From: Halobacteriovoraceae bacterium
Lineage (GTDB): Bacteria; Bdellovibrionota; Bacteriovoracia; Bacteriovoracales; Bacteriovoracaceae
Reading direction: 5' to 3'
NCBI GenBank assembly: GCA_963719505.1
Contig: CAVRCF010000001.1
Span: 96,001-160,000, forward strand
DNA length: 64,000 nt
Made by a program: the position numbers and the translations under genes. The notes under the pieces were generated by a model. The model was not told the origin of the DNA. It searched no databases and worked only from the letters and a program-made list of their open reading frames with translations. Of the stretch, positions 29,100 to 38,830 are shown one piece after another; within the stretch, counting starts at the first letter, position 1, and the number at the start of each line of letters is the position of its first letter.

Positions 29100-30338
29100 G
29101 TGAAGTTTATCCTGATACTTATCTATTCCATTTTCACTCATGCTTTCGAATGTCCGAATATTCGACTGGATAAACCCATTCCAGGAAATCGTGCCAAGTA
29201 TCTGACAATGCAGTCCGTTCCCGTCCAACATCAAAAACTTGGAATATGTTACTCCTATGCAGCGACCCAACTGGCCGATGCTGTTAGGGCAAAAAGAGTG
29301 CTGGAAAAGGGCAAGAAGCCAAACCTGTCGGTGAGTTCACCCGTCTTTACTGCGATGATGTCAAAGAAAGATTGGGATAAAGATGGCATAAAATTAAACA
29401 GCGATGGTACACCACACTTTCCCTTTGAAGGGGGACATATGTGTAATGCCTTTAATAATGTAAAGAAAACAGGGGCCTGTTCTAGAGATAAAATTGAAGA
29501 TATGTTTGGTAAATCCAATCTAAAAAATGATCAGTATTTTAAAAAAATTTATAAAATTGAAGAAAGGCTGAGGGCAAAAGTTGCGCAAATAAGACAACCT
29601 GACTTCTACCCCTACCCTAGTGTTTTTGTCCCTCCAAGCCAAGAAAGAAGTTCTTCATTGGATTGGAGACCCGAGCAAGCAAATCCCTTTTTTCTCAATC
29701 GTGAGCAAATAAAAGAAGCCCAAAGCTGTCGCCTAAGTGCACTTGATGAACTCTATATGGACTTTAAAACGACCTTCGGTGCAAGCTTTAAGATTTCATA
29801 TAAGTTTTTTAAAGAAAAGTTTTCACCTGAGATGTTTGAAGACCCCTCTCAACTGGGTTTAATTTTTCAAACGATTTGTCCAATAAATGAAAGAAGTAAA
29901 ATTAATACAGGCTCCACCTGCCAAACCTATAAAGGTTCCCTGACTGATAAATACGCCTTTACTAAAAAGATCCTTGAACAACTTAAAGCCGATTCGCTGC
30001 CTGTGGGTATTTCATACTGTGCCTACACCTTAACCAATAAACCACCTTTTGACGGTATAACCTCAAGGATGCCATTGAGATTTAAAAAAGACTCCAACGG
30101 TAAGAATCTTTGTGGAAATCATGCTTCGTTAATTATTGGTTCGCGCTGGAATAAAAAACAAAAAAGCTGTGAGCTTCTCGTTCGAAATACTTGGGGAACA
30201 GGTTGTAAAAGTTATAAGAAGGGTTACCCAGCAGCATCAAGCACCGTAAAGGGTCAGGATGTAAAATGTGAAGGCGGAAATATCTGGGTTGACTACAAAG
30301 AGCTAGAGAAAAATATCTATAGGGTGCAGCACTTATGA
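29100..30338 (+). CDS. Secreted papain-like (C1) cysteine peptidase
   Basis: Signal peptide, Q..LGICYSYA (oxyanion Gln and catalytic Cys), NHASLIIG (His), VRNTWG (Asn). Confidence 0.8.
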   Translation: MKFILILIYSIFTHAFECPNIRLDKPIPGNRAKYLTMQSVPVQHQKLGICYSYAATQLADAVRAKRVLEKGKKPNLSVSSPVFTAMMSKKDWDKDGIKLNSDGTPHFPFEGGHMCNAFNNVKKTGACSRDKIEDMFGKSNLKNDQYFKKIYKIEERLRAKVAQIRQPDFYPYPSVFVPPSQERSSSLDWRPEQANPFFLNREQIKEAQSCRLSALDELYMDFKTTFGASFKISYKFFKEKFSPEMFEDPSQLGLIFQTICPINERSKINTGSTCQTYKGSLTDKYAFTKKILEQLKADSLPVGISYCAYTLTNKPPFDGITSRMPLRFKKDSNGKNLCGNHASLIIGSRWNKKQKSCELLVRNTWGTGCKSYKKGYPAASSTVKGQDVKCEGGNIWVDYKELEKNIYRVQHL

Positions 30339-30691
30339 AAATAATTATCCTTCTTTTCATTGTTTCTTTTACTTCGATGGCCAAAGAGTTTGTCCCAGAA
30401 CTCAAAGAGATAACTCTAAAATCAGAGAGCGTAGAAATTTCGAAAACTTGTGATAATTGTATCGCCCAACAAAAATACCTTTCTCTAAAAAAAGCGGATC
30501 TAGAGAAGATTCGCGAGCATATCTTTGGCGGAAGAACTTGGGGTAATCAAGTTTGCCTAAAAACGTTTAGCGCTCAAGTTGTTTCAGCTTACGACAAAGA
30601 CCGCAATGAAGCCCAGTACTGTAAATTCAAAGACCTCTCCTATATCTCTACTGATGAACTCAACTATCTATCATTGAAACTTATCAAATAA
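30335..30691 (+). CDS. Small secreted Cys-containing protein (weakly DUF333-like)
   Basis: Signal peptide, four Cys, YCKFKDLS. Overlaps the peptidase stop codon (ATGA). Confidence 0.65.
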   Translation: MKIIILLFIVSFTSMAKEFVPELKEITLKSESVEISKTCDNCIAQQKYLSLKKADLEKIREHIFGGRTWGNQVCLKTFSAQVVSAYDKDRNEAQYCKFKDLSYISTDELNYLSLKLIK

Positions 30692-30693
30692 AT

Positions 30694-30721
30694 TCAAGGA
30701 GTTACTTCTTTTTCCCGAAAA
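30694..30721 (+). promoter_or_regulatory. Sigma28-like promoter
   Basis: TCAA-N16-CCCGAAAA, ending 6 nt before the GTG start. Confidence 0.4.
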
Positions 30722-30727
30722 AAGACT

Positions 30728-31921
30728 GTGAGATTTTTTATCCTTTTTTTCTATTCTCTTAGTGCTTTTAGTATCTGTAGTTCTAATTTAGAGTTGCCTC
30801 TAACAGACTTCATTAATGAAATGTCACCCATTATAGATAAACCTTGGGCCGCAGCGACTGATGAACAGGTTTCAAACTATAAATGTCAGAAGGTGGCTTT
30901 AACAAACAAAGAGATGGAAGAGTATCTAGAAAAAAGTGGAACTCTAAGCCAGTCTCTTAACCTTCTTATCAATAAAGAAGAAACGCTCACAAAGCCCGCG
31001 ATCAAAACTGATTTGTCACTTTATCAAGCACAAGATTGTGAAGATGAAATATGCAAAGCTAAAAAAATATTTGGGAAGACACAAGGAATAGAGCTTTTAT
31101 ACATGATTGAAAAATATGGACTTAATGCCTCGCACCTCGTTTATGAAGATACAAAACCATGGACTAGTGAAATGCTTAAACCCTACCTTGAAGGACTTGT
31201 TGCCGTTCCTGAGTTTATGCTTCCAATAAAAAAGAACCAACAGTTTACTAAATCCAGTACTGAATCGAATGATATAGCTGACGCATCAATTACTTTTTAC
31301 GGAGGTATTGATGACTTTTCTCAAAAGAGAGTCACTTATACCACTTTCCATGAAATAGCTCACTATGTAGCTGGAAGTCTGCATGTAGAGCACGATGAAA
31401 AATGGATGGTGGCTAGTGGCTGGGAAGAAGATCTCTCAAGAAGAACTGTGGACTTTTCAACTCATGCTATGAATTTTACACCTCTCACTGTAGAGCCCCC
31501 AACAACGGGATCACTTTCATTGGGTTTAAGTAGCCAAAGGCTTGGAAGCTCACTGTTGTCACTAGCTTCCTCTCGAACTCCCTCATCTATAACGACATCG
31601 CTTGTCTCTACAGACTTTGAGCTTTCTACAGAGGCTGTTGAAGAGAGCTTTAATAAAACGAAACGTCTTCTGCTTGATATGAAAAATGATGATTCTGAAA
31701 GTTTTATTTCCGGATACGCCAAAACCAATCCACTTGAAGATATCGCAGAATCGATAACAGCCTATAGATTTAATCCTAAAAAGCTAAAAGAACTAAGTCC
31801 TAAAAGATATGAGTACTTAAAAAATAAGGTTTTCATGGGAATTGAATATCTATCAGATAGTCAATGTGATGATGCTGCCTCAAAGAGACAGCAGTTTGTC
31901 GATGTTATAAAGGTTGAGTAA
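30728..31921 (+). CDS. Secreted putative zinc metallopeptidase
   Basis: TFHEIAHY (HEXXH), SGYAKTNPLEDIAES, PKRYEYLK, signal peptide. Confidence 0.75.
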   Translation: MRFFILFFYSLSAFSICSSNLELPLTDFINEMSPIIDKPWAAATDEQVSNYKCQKVALTNKEMEEYLEKSGTLSQSLNLLINKEETLTKPAIKTDLSLYQAQDCEDEICKAKKIFGKTQGIELLYMIEKYGLNASHLVYEDTKPWTSEMLKPYLEGLVAVPEFMLPIKKNQQFTKSSTESNDIADASITFYGGIDDFSQKRVTYTTFHEIAHYVAGSLHVEHDEKWMVASGWEEDLSRRTVDFSTHAMNFTPLTVEPPTTGSLSLGLSSQRLGSSLLSLASSRTPSSITTSLVSTDFELSTEAVEESFNKTKRLLLDMKNDDSESFISGYAKTNPLEDIAESITAYRFNPKKLKELSPKRYEYLKNKVFMGIEYLSDSQCDDAASKRQQFVDVIKVE

Positions 31922-32215
31922 TTATTCTATTTCAATAACCTGACTTTGACCTAAAACAAGAATTCCACCAATGCGTTTTCCCATTTTATCTTCACAACTT
32001 TGATCGGCGAGAAGAACTTTCTTAACATGAACTTCTTCTTCAAGAAGAGGACAAAAGAAATGCTGATTAAAAACTTCGAGGTCTAGGTCTACTAAACACC
32101 CCTCGTTAGTTTGAGTAACTTCGTTAATCGTCCCTCCAAATTGAGCCTCATATTGATCACAGGCAAAAGAGGAAAGAGAAAGCATAAGAGCAGAAAAAGC
32201 AAAAAGTGTTTTCAT
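31922..32215 (-). CDS. Small secreted Cys-containing hypothetical protein
   Basis: AAGGA RBS, signal peptide ending SSFA, four Cys. Confidence 0.7.
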   Translation of the reverse strand: MKTLFAFSALMLSLSSFACDQYEAQFGGTINEVTQTNEGCLVDLDLEVFNQHFFCPLLEEEVHVKKVLLADQSCEDKMGKRIGGILVLGQSQVIEIE

Positions 32216-32339
32216 GGGGTATCCTTGTTATTTGTTTAGAGTAAATATACTGTTTTTTAAAAAAAATTGGACTATTTAGCTCAGAATGGAAAAATTTACA
32301 GGTAATGTTTGCCGAAATTTGATCGATCATGCCTGATAT

Positions 32340-32366
32340 TAAATCCCATTTTTTGTGCCCCGATAA
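32340..32366 (+). promoter_or_regulatory. Sigma28 (FliA)-like promoter
   Basis: TAAA-N15-CCCGATAA versus consensus TAAA-N15-GCCGATAA. Confidence 0.6.
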
Positions 32367-32404
32367 GTCACTATACGACTTGAACTATACTTTTAGGGGA
32401 ACCA

Positions 32405-33265
32405 ATGAAACTTCAATTATCAAATTTAAAACTACTTCTTGTTTTTCTCTTAGCCATATCGTCTTTTCAATCCCAAGCCAGAAGATGGGGCTTGGCCAAA
32501 AAATACACCATCCTTCCACTAGCACAATCACACGAAACGATTGGTGAAGCAGCCTTGGATGAACTCAATCCCAACTCGATAAAAGTACTAGTTTGGAATG
32601 TACTCAAAGGTGAAAGAAAGAATTGGGATAGAGATTTTAGACAACTTTCTTCTGATAAAGACATCTTACTGCTTCAAGAAGGATACCTAAACAATCATAT
32701 GAAAGACACTTTATATTCTATGCAAAACTTTCAGTTTGATATGGGTGTAAGCTTTATTTATAACAAAGATAATAATACGAGAACCGGATCATTTATAGGC
32801 TCAAAAGTTAAACCCCAAGAGGTTTCTTTTACTAGAACAACAGATCTAGAACCTTTTATTAAAACGCCAAAAACGACGACTTATGCCTACTATCCCATCG
32901 CTAATTCTCATAAAACTCTTTTGGCCTTATCTATTCACGGGATAAATTTTGCCAACCACCAAGCTTTCGTCAACCACATCAATCAATCCGTTGATATGAT
33001 TAAAAACCACGATGGACCCGTTATTTTTGGTGGCGATTTCAACACAAGAACCAAAAAAAGAACGTCTCACTTAAGAAGACTTTTAAAGAGTCTGGGCTTA
33101 ACAGAGATGAGCTTTAGAAATGATAAAAGAATGAGAGCCGTTAAAGTTGGTCCCATTCTCGATCATGTTTTTATTAGAGGCTTACTTGTTAGGGACTCTG
33201 AAGTTCTAGGCAAGATAAAGTCTTCAGACCACAAAGCGATGGTTCTTGATCTAGCATTAGACTAA
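32405..33265 (+). CDS. Secreted endonuclease/exonuclease/phosphatase family protein (YafD-like)
   Basis: LVWNV, LLQE, GGDFNT, LDHVF, SSDH, signal peptide. Confidence 0.9.
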   Translation: MKLQLSNLKLLLVFLLAISSFQSQARRWGLAKKYTILPLAQSHETIGEAALDELNPNSIKVLVWNVLKGERKNWDRDFRQLSSDKDILLLQEGYLNNHMKDTLYSMQNFQFDMGVSFIYNKDNNTRTGSFIGSKVKPQEVSFTRTTDLEPFIKTPKTTTYAYYPIANSHKTLLALSIHGINFANHQAFVNHINQSVDMIKNHDGPVIFGGDFNTRTKKRTSHLRRLLKSLGLTEMSFRNDKRMRAVKVGPILDHVFIRGLLVRDSEVLGKIKSSDHKAMVLDLALD

Positions 33266-33268
33266 GCT

Positions 33269-33317
33269 GTGTATAAACCCGGGTGTATAAACCAGGGTGT
33301 CTAAATCTTTGACACCC
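33269..33317. repeat. 14-bp tandem repeat running into a palindrome
   Basis: GTGTATAAACCCGG GTGTATAAACCAGG GTGTCTAAATCTTT, overlapping GGGTGTC-N9-GACACCC. Confidence 0.7.
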
Positions 33318-33398
33318 CAATATACTTGTTACAATGACCATGCTCCCGCCACCCTATTCATGATCTAATAGAAGAAATTGTTTTCCCAAAGGTCATAA

Positions 33399-34886
33399 AT
33401 GAAACGAGTTCTTCTTTTATACATATCAATTGTATCTATCTCGAGCAGTTTTGCCCAAAATTTTGAAAACCTCAAATATATTGTAAGTCGGTCTGTCGAA
33501 TACAGAAATAGAATACTAGAAGTCTACCCCCGATTAGAAGCCCTCAATCAAAGGGACTATGTCCTTGTAGAAAAAGATATCTCCTACCTCAATCAACATT
33601 CAATAGAGAGGTCTCGTTTTGAAAACGCTGTATTCTCCTATCTAGAAGATCTCGAGTACACCGTCTCCAGCAGAATCAGAAAGAAGTATAACCCTACCCC
33701 GACTCAACTCAATGATACAATGGCCTACCTTGCCGTCTCTTTAACAATGTATGATAGCTTTTTAGAGACCTATCTCAAGATGAATAAACTCAAGAAAATT
33801 CGGCGTTTTTTAAACTCCGCTGACACAGCCATTGGTAAGAGACGCAATCTTTTTAAAAAGAATATTCGCTACTATACTGGCTTTAGATTTCGAAAAAGAA
33901 TTAGAAGAGGAATAAAAGTATTTAAAAAGTTCTACCTTGCAGATTTAAAAAGATATGCAAGTGATTCTGAACTCGCTTTTATGGCCGCAATTATTCAAGA
34001 TAGCTATACTTACCAAAAGGTAGTGAATCAATCTTATTGGATGAGGTCTAAAGACTATTTTAAAATTTTAGGGAGGAAGTTAGATATTGGTTACAAAGCC
34101 AATATAGATTTTTTCAATAGATTAGGAAAGAAAACCTTTTTCTTTATTAGTAAAGTCATTGGAAATGCTATGGGCTCGATTCAATTTAGAAACGGACACC
34201 TTTATAACGACGCCAATTTCTTAGATCAAGTTATAAACTATTCTAAGCCTCTTGATATTATCCTAGAAAAGACCCCCTTTCGACTCACAGACAGGTCCAT
34301 TCCTGGCTACTGGGGACATGCCGCTATCTATATTGGTAATGAGGTCCAGCTAAGAGAACTAGAGATTTGGGATCACCCCATGGTTGAGAAGTATCACGAG
34401 AAGATAAAGATGGGGAAAACTATTGTAGAGGCCTTAAGATCAGGTGTTGAACTCAATAGCTACAAGCATTTCACGGATATCGATGATTTTGTCTTATTGA
34501 GAAATAAGAAGACTTGGGAAACACAAGATGCTGGAGAGCATATAGTGAGAGCGCTAAGCCAAGTCGGAAAGACCTATGACTTTGAATTTGATGTTGAGAC
34601 CCCAACCTCAATCGTTTGCTCAGAGCTTCATTACAATGTTTTTAGAGACTTAACGTTTAGAACTTCAAGTATTCTTGGACGTAACACTATAAGTGTAGAC
34701 CAAGTCTCGTATCAAGCTTTTTCAGGTGGAGATTTTGCTCCAGAGATTCTTTATATAAATGGAGTTGAGATCCAGACAAATATTCAAATGACATATGATT
34801 CTATTCTAGAAAACCCAAGAGATACAAATAAGTGGCTCATCGATGATAAAGAAGCTTTTATGAAAAAGGCTTTTGGTAAAGAATAG
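33399..34886 (+). CDS. Secreted YiiX/YebB-like permuted papain-fold (NlpC/P60) enzyme
   Basis: IPGYWGHAAIY (His first), VEAL, GKTYDFEFD, IVCSEL (Cys later). Confidence 0.85.
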   Translation: MKRVLLLYISIVSISSSFAQNFENLKYIVSRSVEYRNRILEVYPRLEALNQRDYVLVEKDISYLNQHSIERSRFENAVFSYLEDLEYTVSSRIRKKYNPTPTQLNDTMAYLAVSLTMYDSFLETYLKMNKLKKIRRFLNSADTAIGKRRNLFKKNIRYYTGFRFRKRIRRGIKVFKKFYLADLKRYASDSELAFMAAIIQDSYTYQKVVNQSYWMRSKDYFKILGRKLDIGYKANIDFFNRLGKKTFFFISKVIGNAMGSIQFRNGHLYNDANFLDQVINYSKPLDIILEKTPFRLTDRSIPGYWGHAAIYIGNEVQLRELEIWDHPMVEKYHEKIKMGKTIVEALRSGVELNSYKHFTDIDDFVLLRNKKTWETQDAGEHIVRALSQVGKTYDFEFDVETPTSIVCSELHYNVFRDLTFRTSSILGRNTISVDQVSYQAFSGGDFAPEILYINGVEIQTNIQMTYDSILENPRDTNKWLIDDKEAFMKKAFGKE

Positions 34887-34889
34887 CTT

Positions 34890-35621
34890 TTACGAGGCTT
34901 TTTTCTTTAACATAGTCGCAATAATTAAAGGTGCAACTGCTGCGGCCAAATGCTTAAGGGTGTGCCCACTAATGGTAAAATCTGTAAAAGCGAAGATGTC
35001 TTTATCACTGAATTCAACTATTTTTGCCAAGACATAAAAAAGTAGAGCGAAGACCAAGTACTTTGGGTCAATCGTTTTCGATTTAAAAAGAACTATCACT
35101 GTTGGAATCACAACCAGAGGCACGATTTGCACAAAGTAGTAGAGTCTCAAGTCCCCTGATATATCCCAAAGGATGACACTGGAGAAGCCAAATAAAAGAG
35201 AGATGGGAAGAAGTAATCTTTCGAACCTCAGAGAAATAAAGGTTGAAATCATGGCCGTAAACAAGCCCATAAAAGCAATTGTCATCGGTAATCGATCCCA
35301 CACTAAAGTCGAGTTATTTGGATTCCAGTGATACCAAGCAGAGCCTGGGGCAACTAAAAGCACACCGACAAAAAAGATACTCCAAGATAAAGTCGCCTTA
35401 ATATTAGATGATTTTCTCAGTGTGTGCAGTCCAAAAATTCCCGTAAAGATAAAAACAATATTAGAGAAAACATCTCCAAAATTATTGATACCCATAAAAG
35501 GTCTCTTATCCGCGAAGTTGTGGTATTCAATATTTTGAATAATGGGCTCTCTCATCATAATCGCCAAAAAGGTCAGTCCGATAATACCCAGAATAATATT
35601 TGTTTTAATTTTTTGATTCAT
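34890..35621 (-). CDS. Ceramidase-like (CREST family) membrane protein
   Basis: YHNFADKR, SN, GSAWYH, WDRLPMT, SGHTLKH. Confidence 0.85.
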   Translation of the reverse strand: MNQKIKTNIILGIIGLTFLAIMMREPIIQNIEYHNFADKRPFMGINNFGDVFSNIVFIFTGIFGLHTLRKSSNIKATLSWSIFFVGVLLVAPGSAWYHWNPNNSTLVWDRLPMTIAFMGLFTAMISTFISLRFERLLLPISLLFGFSSVILWDISGDLRLYYFVQIVPLVVIPTVIVLFKSKTIDPKYLVFALLFYVLAKIVEFSDKDIFAFTDFTISGHTLKHLAAAVAPLIIATMLKKKAS

Positions 35622-35648
35622 TGGACTATTTTCTATAAATAAAATGAA

Positions 35649-37028
35649 TTAAGCAAGTCCAACCTTAAATTTCTTATTTTTGATCTTACCAGCATTTAAC
35701 TTGGTGATAGCATTTTGGATTTTCTCTTTTTTTATGGCCACTAAGCTTGTGATATTTGTGATCGTTATATCGCCAATATCGTCTGAATCCAGCCCTGCTT
35801 CGTGAATAAGAGCTCCTACGATATCTCCTGGTCGAAGCTTTTCTTTCTTACCGCCACTTATATACATCGTATCCATCGGTGGAAGGAGATCGTAGTTTTT
35901 TTCAAAGTTTTCAAACTTAAATTTCTCAACCTTCACTTTGCGCTCGAGGTATTCTTCAAGTTTTTCTATTTTAAAAGCTTCTTTTTCTACGGAAAAAGAA
36001 ATCGCCACACCACTTTCTCCCGCACGTCCTGTCCGACCAATTCGGTGGACATAATCTTCACTATCAATGGGAAGATCGTAGTTGAAAACCGCTGGAAGCT
36101 CTTTTATATCCAGTCCTCTCGCTGCGACATCAGTTGCAACAAGACCTGATAGAGAGTGGTTTTTAAACATAGCAAGAGTTGTCAGTCTTTCATTTTGATC
36201 GATATCACCGTGAATACCAGCGGCGATGACACCTTCTTTATCTAAAAACTTCACCAAAGTATCAGTGATAATTTTTGTTTTGCAAAAGATGATAAATCGT
36301 TCTGGTTTGAGTTCACCAAGAATTGCCAACAGGGCTTCATTTTTATCTTTATGGCTATCGAGCTCATAGAAGGTCTCTTTAATAACATTTTTAGCAAGTT
36401 CTGTATCCACCTTCACCATAACGGCATCGGTTTGAATATTTTTGCTTAGATCCTCGATACTATAGGGAAATGTCGCTGAAAAAAGAAGGGACTGTCTTTT
36501 TTTGGGAATGAAACGCTCAATCTCTTTGAGCTCATTGGTAAAACCCATATCGAGCATTCTATCTGCTTCATCTAGAACAAAGACTTTAATATTTTGAGGA
36601 TCAAGAGTCTTCTTTTTGAGAAGCTTTAAAACTCTTCCTGGAGTACCCACAACTATATGGGCTCCGTGAGATAAGCTTTTATCTTGGTGAAATTCTGCCG
36701 TTCCGCCACAGATCGTAACGACCTTAACATTTGGTAGAGCTCTTGCTAACAGACGAACCTCAGTTGCAACTTGATCAGCTAACTCTCTGGTCGGGCAAAG
36801 AATAAGACTTTGTGGTGATGTTTGATCCAAGATCAGACCGTTGAGAATACCCAAAGCGAATGCCGCCGTTTTTCCACTGCCGGTCTTTGCTCTTGCGATC
36901 ACATCCTTTCCCGCTAATACCAGGGGTAGACTCTCTTTTTGGATAGGAGTCATTTTTTCAAACTTTAGACTCTCTAAATTTGAAAGAAGTTCTGGAATTA
37001 GATTCAATGTATCAAAATGGTCGCTCAT
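35649..37028 (-). CDS. dbpA: ATP-dependent DEAD-box RNA helicase DbpA
   Basis: AKTGSGKT, PTRELA, DEAD, SAT, HRIGRTGR and DbpA C-terminal GGKKEKLRPGDIVGAL. Start set at MSDHF. Confidence 0.93.
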   Translation of the reverse strand: MSDHFDTLNLIPELLSNLESLKFEKMTPIQKESLPLVLAGKDVIARAKTGSGKTAAFALGILNGLILDQTSPQSLILCPTRELADQVATEVRLLARALPNVKVVTICGGTAEFHQDKSLSHGAHIVVGTPGRVLKLLKKKTLDPQNIKVFVLDEADRMLDMGFTNELKEIERFIPKKRQSLLFSATFPYSIEDLSKNIQTDAVMVKVDTELAKNVIKETFYELDSHKDKNEALLAILGELKPERFIIFCKTKIITDTLVKFLDKEGVIAAGIHGDIDQNERLTTLAMFKNHSLSGLVATDVAARGLDIKELPAVFNYDLPIDSEDYVHRIGRTGRAGESGVAISFSVEKEAFKIEKLEEYLERKVKVEKFKFENFEKNYDLLPPMDTMYISGGKKEKLRPGDIVGALIHEAGLDSDDIGDITITNITSLVAIKKEKIQNAITKLNAGKIKNKKFKVGLA

Positions 37029-37056
37029 TTGCTGAAGGTATGCTAGAAAATGCAAC

Positions 37057-38217
37057 ATGGCAAAGAAGAAGAAATTATTATCCGGTTTTGAACTCAGCGG
37101 TATCGCTCCCAATATTCTCCTCAAACACGTTGAGAATACTGCTCCATTTCTTTTTGCAGGTGAACTAGACACCAGTGGAGAAAAAAGAGCTTATCTAGAA
37201 AAACTCAGATTTTATAAAAAGAACCTTAAAGCTTTATCTCATATAGACCTCACTGAATACTTTCATATTTGTATGTCTGCCCACTGGGCCACAGCTGGTA
37301 CCTTTGTTCCAACTGACGTAGATAACCAAATAAGAGAAGGCCTTTGGAAGCATAAGAAAATAAAAGATCATATTGAAAAAATGGCCAAAATCACCATTGA
37401 TTCATGGACCTGGGATTATAGACAAGTCACTAATAGAAAGTCCTTTAATTCTCATAATGATGAAGTCATGAGCACACATGAGGGAACCTGGCTAAGTGTG
37501 GCTATTGGGGCTTACTGTGCCTTGGTTAAGAATAATAAGCTTGATTTGGCCGGTGAAGTTTCAGATGTTATCGTCTCGGAAATTGTGAAAGAACAGAACC
37601 TCATGCTCGCTCTTCGTGAAGATCGCGACCATATCAATTATCTCAGAGCCGCTCCGCTTATTGCACACAATTTAGGTGATCTCGACAGAGTTATCGTTCA
37701 GTGGGATATGCTTGAAGATGAATTTTGTAAAAGTATCTATAAACTAGGTCATATTCCAAATGATCGTTATAACCCCATATTAGTTTACACAGGAAAAGTG
37801 AACAAGGAATTCTCATCCAAAGAGAACCATCGCCATATGAGCATGAGACAACCTAAGGCCTTGAGAAAGTCTAGCCACTTTCTTATTCCAGTAGGTCCCT
37901 TTATGGATGACTGGGGTACGTCTCTTGGATCGTCCTCTCTTCTTTCACCGCAAGAGAAAGCTGAAATTATCGTTGCACTGTTTGATGGATATAAAAGACA
38001 AGATCAGGCTTTTGGATACTGTAGAGCTTATGGAGCGATGATAAAATCATGTGAGCAGATAGCTGAGGTTGAATCCTGGATTCCTTTTGATGTTACCAGT
38101 GAAATTAATAAATCTGATTTCAAGAAAATGTCTGAGATCTCCAGATCTGACTTTGAACAAAAGTACAAAGACCAACTGGATATCTTTAAATGTGAGATAA
38201 CGGGAATTCAATTTTAA
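37057..38217 (+). CDS. Hypothetical cytoplasmic protein with His-rich motifs
   Basis: 386 aa. HWAT..FVPTDVD, STHEGTW, HNLGDLDR, ENHRH. Confidence 0.8.
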   Translation: MAKKKKLLSGFELSGIAPNILLKHVENTAPFLFAGELDTSGEKRAYLEKLRFYKKNLKALSHIDLTEYFHICMSAHWATAGTFVPTDVDNQIREGLWKHKKIKDHIEKMAKITIDSWTWDYRQVTNRKSFNSHNDEVMSTHEGTWLSVAIGAYCALVKNNKLDLAGEVSDVIVSEIVKEQNLMLALREDRDHINYLRAAPLIAHNLGDLDRVIVQWDMLEDEFCKSIYKLGHIPNDRYNPILVYTGKVNKEFSSKENHRHMSMRQPKALRKSSHFLIPVGPFMDDWGTSLGSSSLLSPQEKAEIIVALFDGYKRQDQAFGYCRAYGAMIKSCEQIAEVESWIPFDVTSEINKSDFKKMSEISRSDFEQKYKDQLDIFKCEITGIQF

Positions 38218-38396
38218 AAATCTAGCCTCTGCTCTTCATCTCTTTTACAAGGAACACAGTCTTGAATATGGTCTTCATCACTTATTTCATGGGGAGTTGT
38301 TTTATCACAAGCCTCACAGAATATTTCTACGATAGAGAAAGTATGTAAACATTCTGATTGAATTAAATCTTTTGAAATTTCTAGATAATCATCCAT
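38214..38396 (-). CDS. Small zinc-ribbon-like protein
   Basis: CEAC...H...CVPC in 60 aa, coupled to the upstream ORF. Confidence 0.55.
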   Translation of the reverse strand: MDDYLEISKDLIQSECLHTFSIVEIFCEACDKTTPHEISDEDHIQDCVPCKRDEEQRLDF

Positions 38397-38782
38397 TATC
38401 TAAGCATCCCTTTACAGACGTATCCAAAGAGCTCCTTTGGAGAGGTGGCAGCGGTGGAGATATTAATATTACTCTCAGTATTCACAGATCTATCGTCAAT
38501 GGCCAAGTAGAAGGTTTTCCCAACAGCCGATATTTCTGCCTGAAAGTAACGATCTCTTGTCGTATTAAACCTTTTCGAGATAAGGGGCTTTACACCTGCA
38601 AGTTTGTTGTAAATATTTAAGTGAGTAGTCACGGAAACAGGGCCACCAGGAGGAGAACAAGAGACCTTAGATATCTCATAGGTATTTTCAAAAACCGTCT
38701 TAGAAACGCATAAAGTTCTTTGCTGAAAACAAGTGGCAAATGAATATGTAGATCCAATAAGCAATAAGATAAAAATTTTCAT
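38396..38782 (-). CDS. Secreted hypothetical protein
   Basis: AGGAG RBS and signal peptide. Confidence 0.7.
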   Translation of the reverse strand: MKIFILLLIGSTYSFATCFQQRTLCVSKTVFENTYEISKVSCSPPGGPVSVTTHLNIYNKLAGVKPLISKRFNTTRDRYFQAEISAVGKTFYLAIDDRSVNTESNINISTAATSPKELFGYVCKGMLR

Positions 38783-38830
38783 GAGGCTCCTTAAAACTGA
38801 TGTTTACGGTTTTAAGGTCAAAAGATCAAC

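Noticed and set aside
33269..33310. Possible mini-CRISPR
   Set aside because: The 14-bp units are contiguous with no spacers, and there are no cas genes in the window.
37029..37172. N-terminal extension of the 507-aa helicase ORF
   Set aside because: It overlaps the divergent 37057 gene. DbpA similarity starts at MSDHFDTL (37028).
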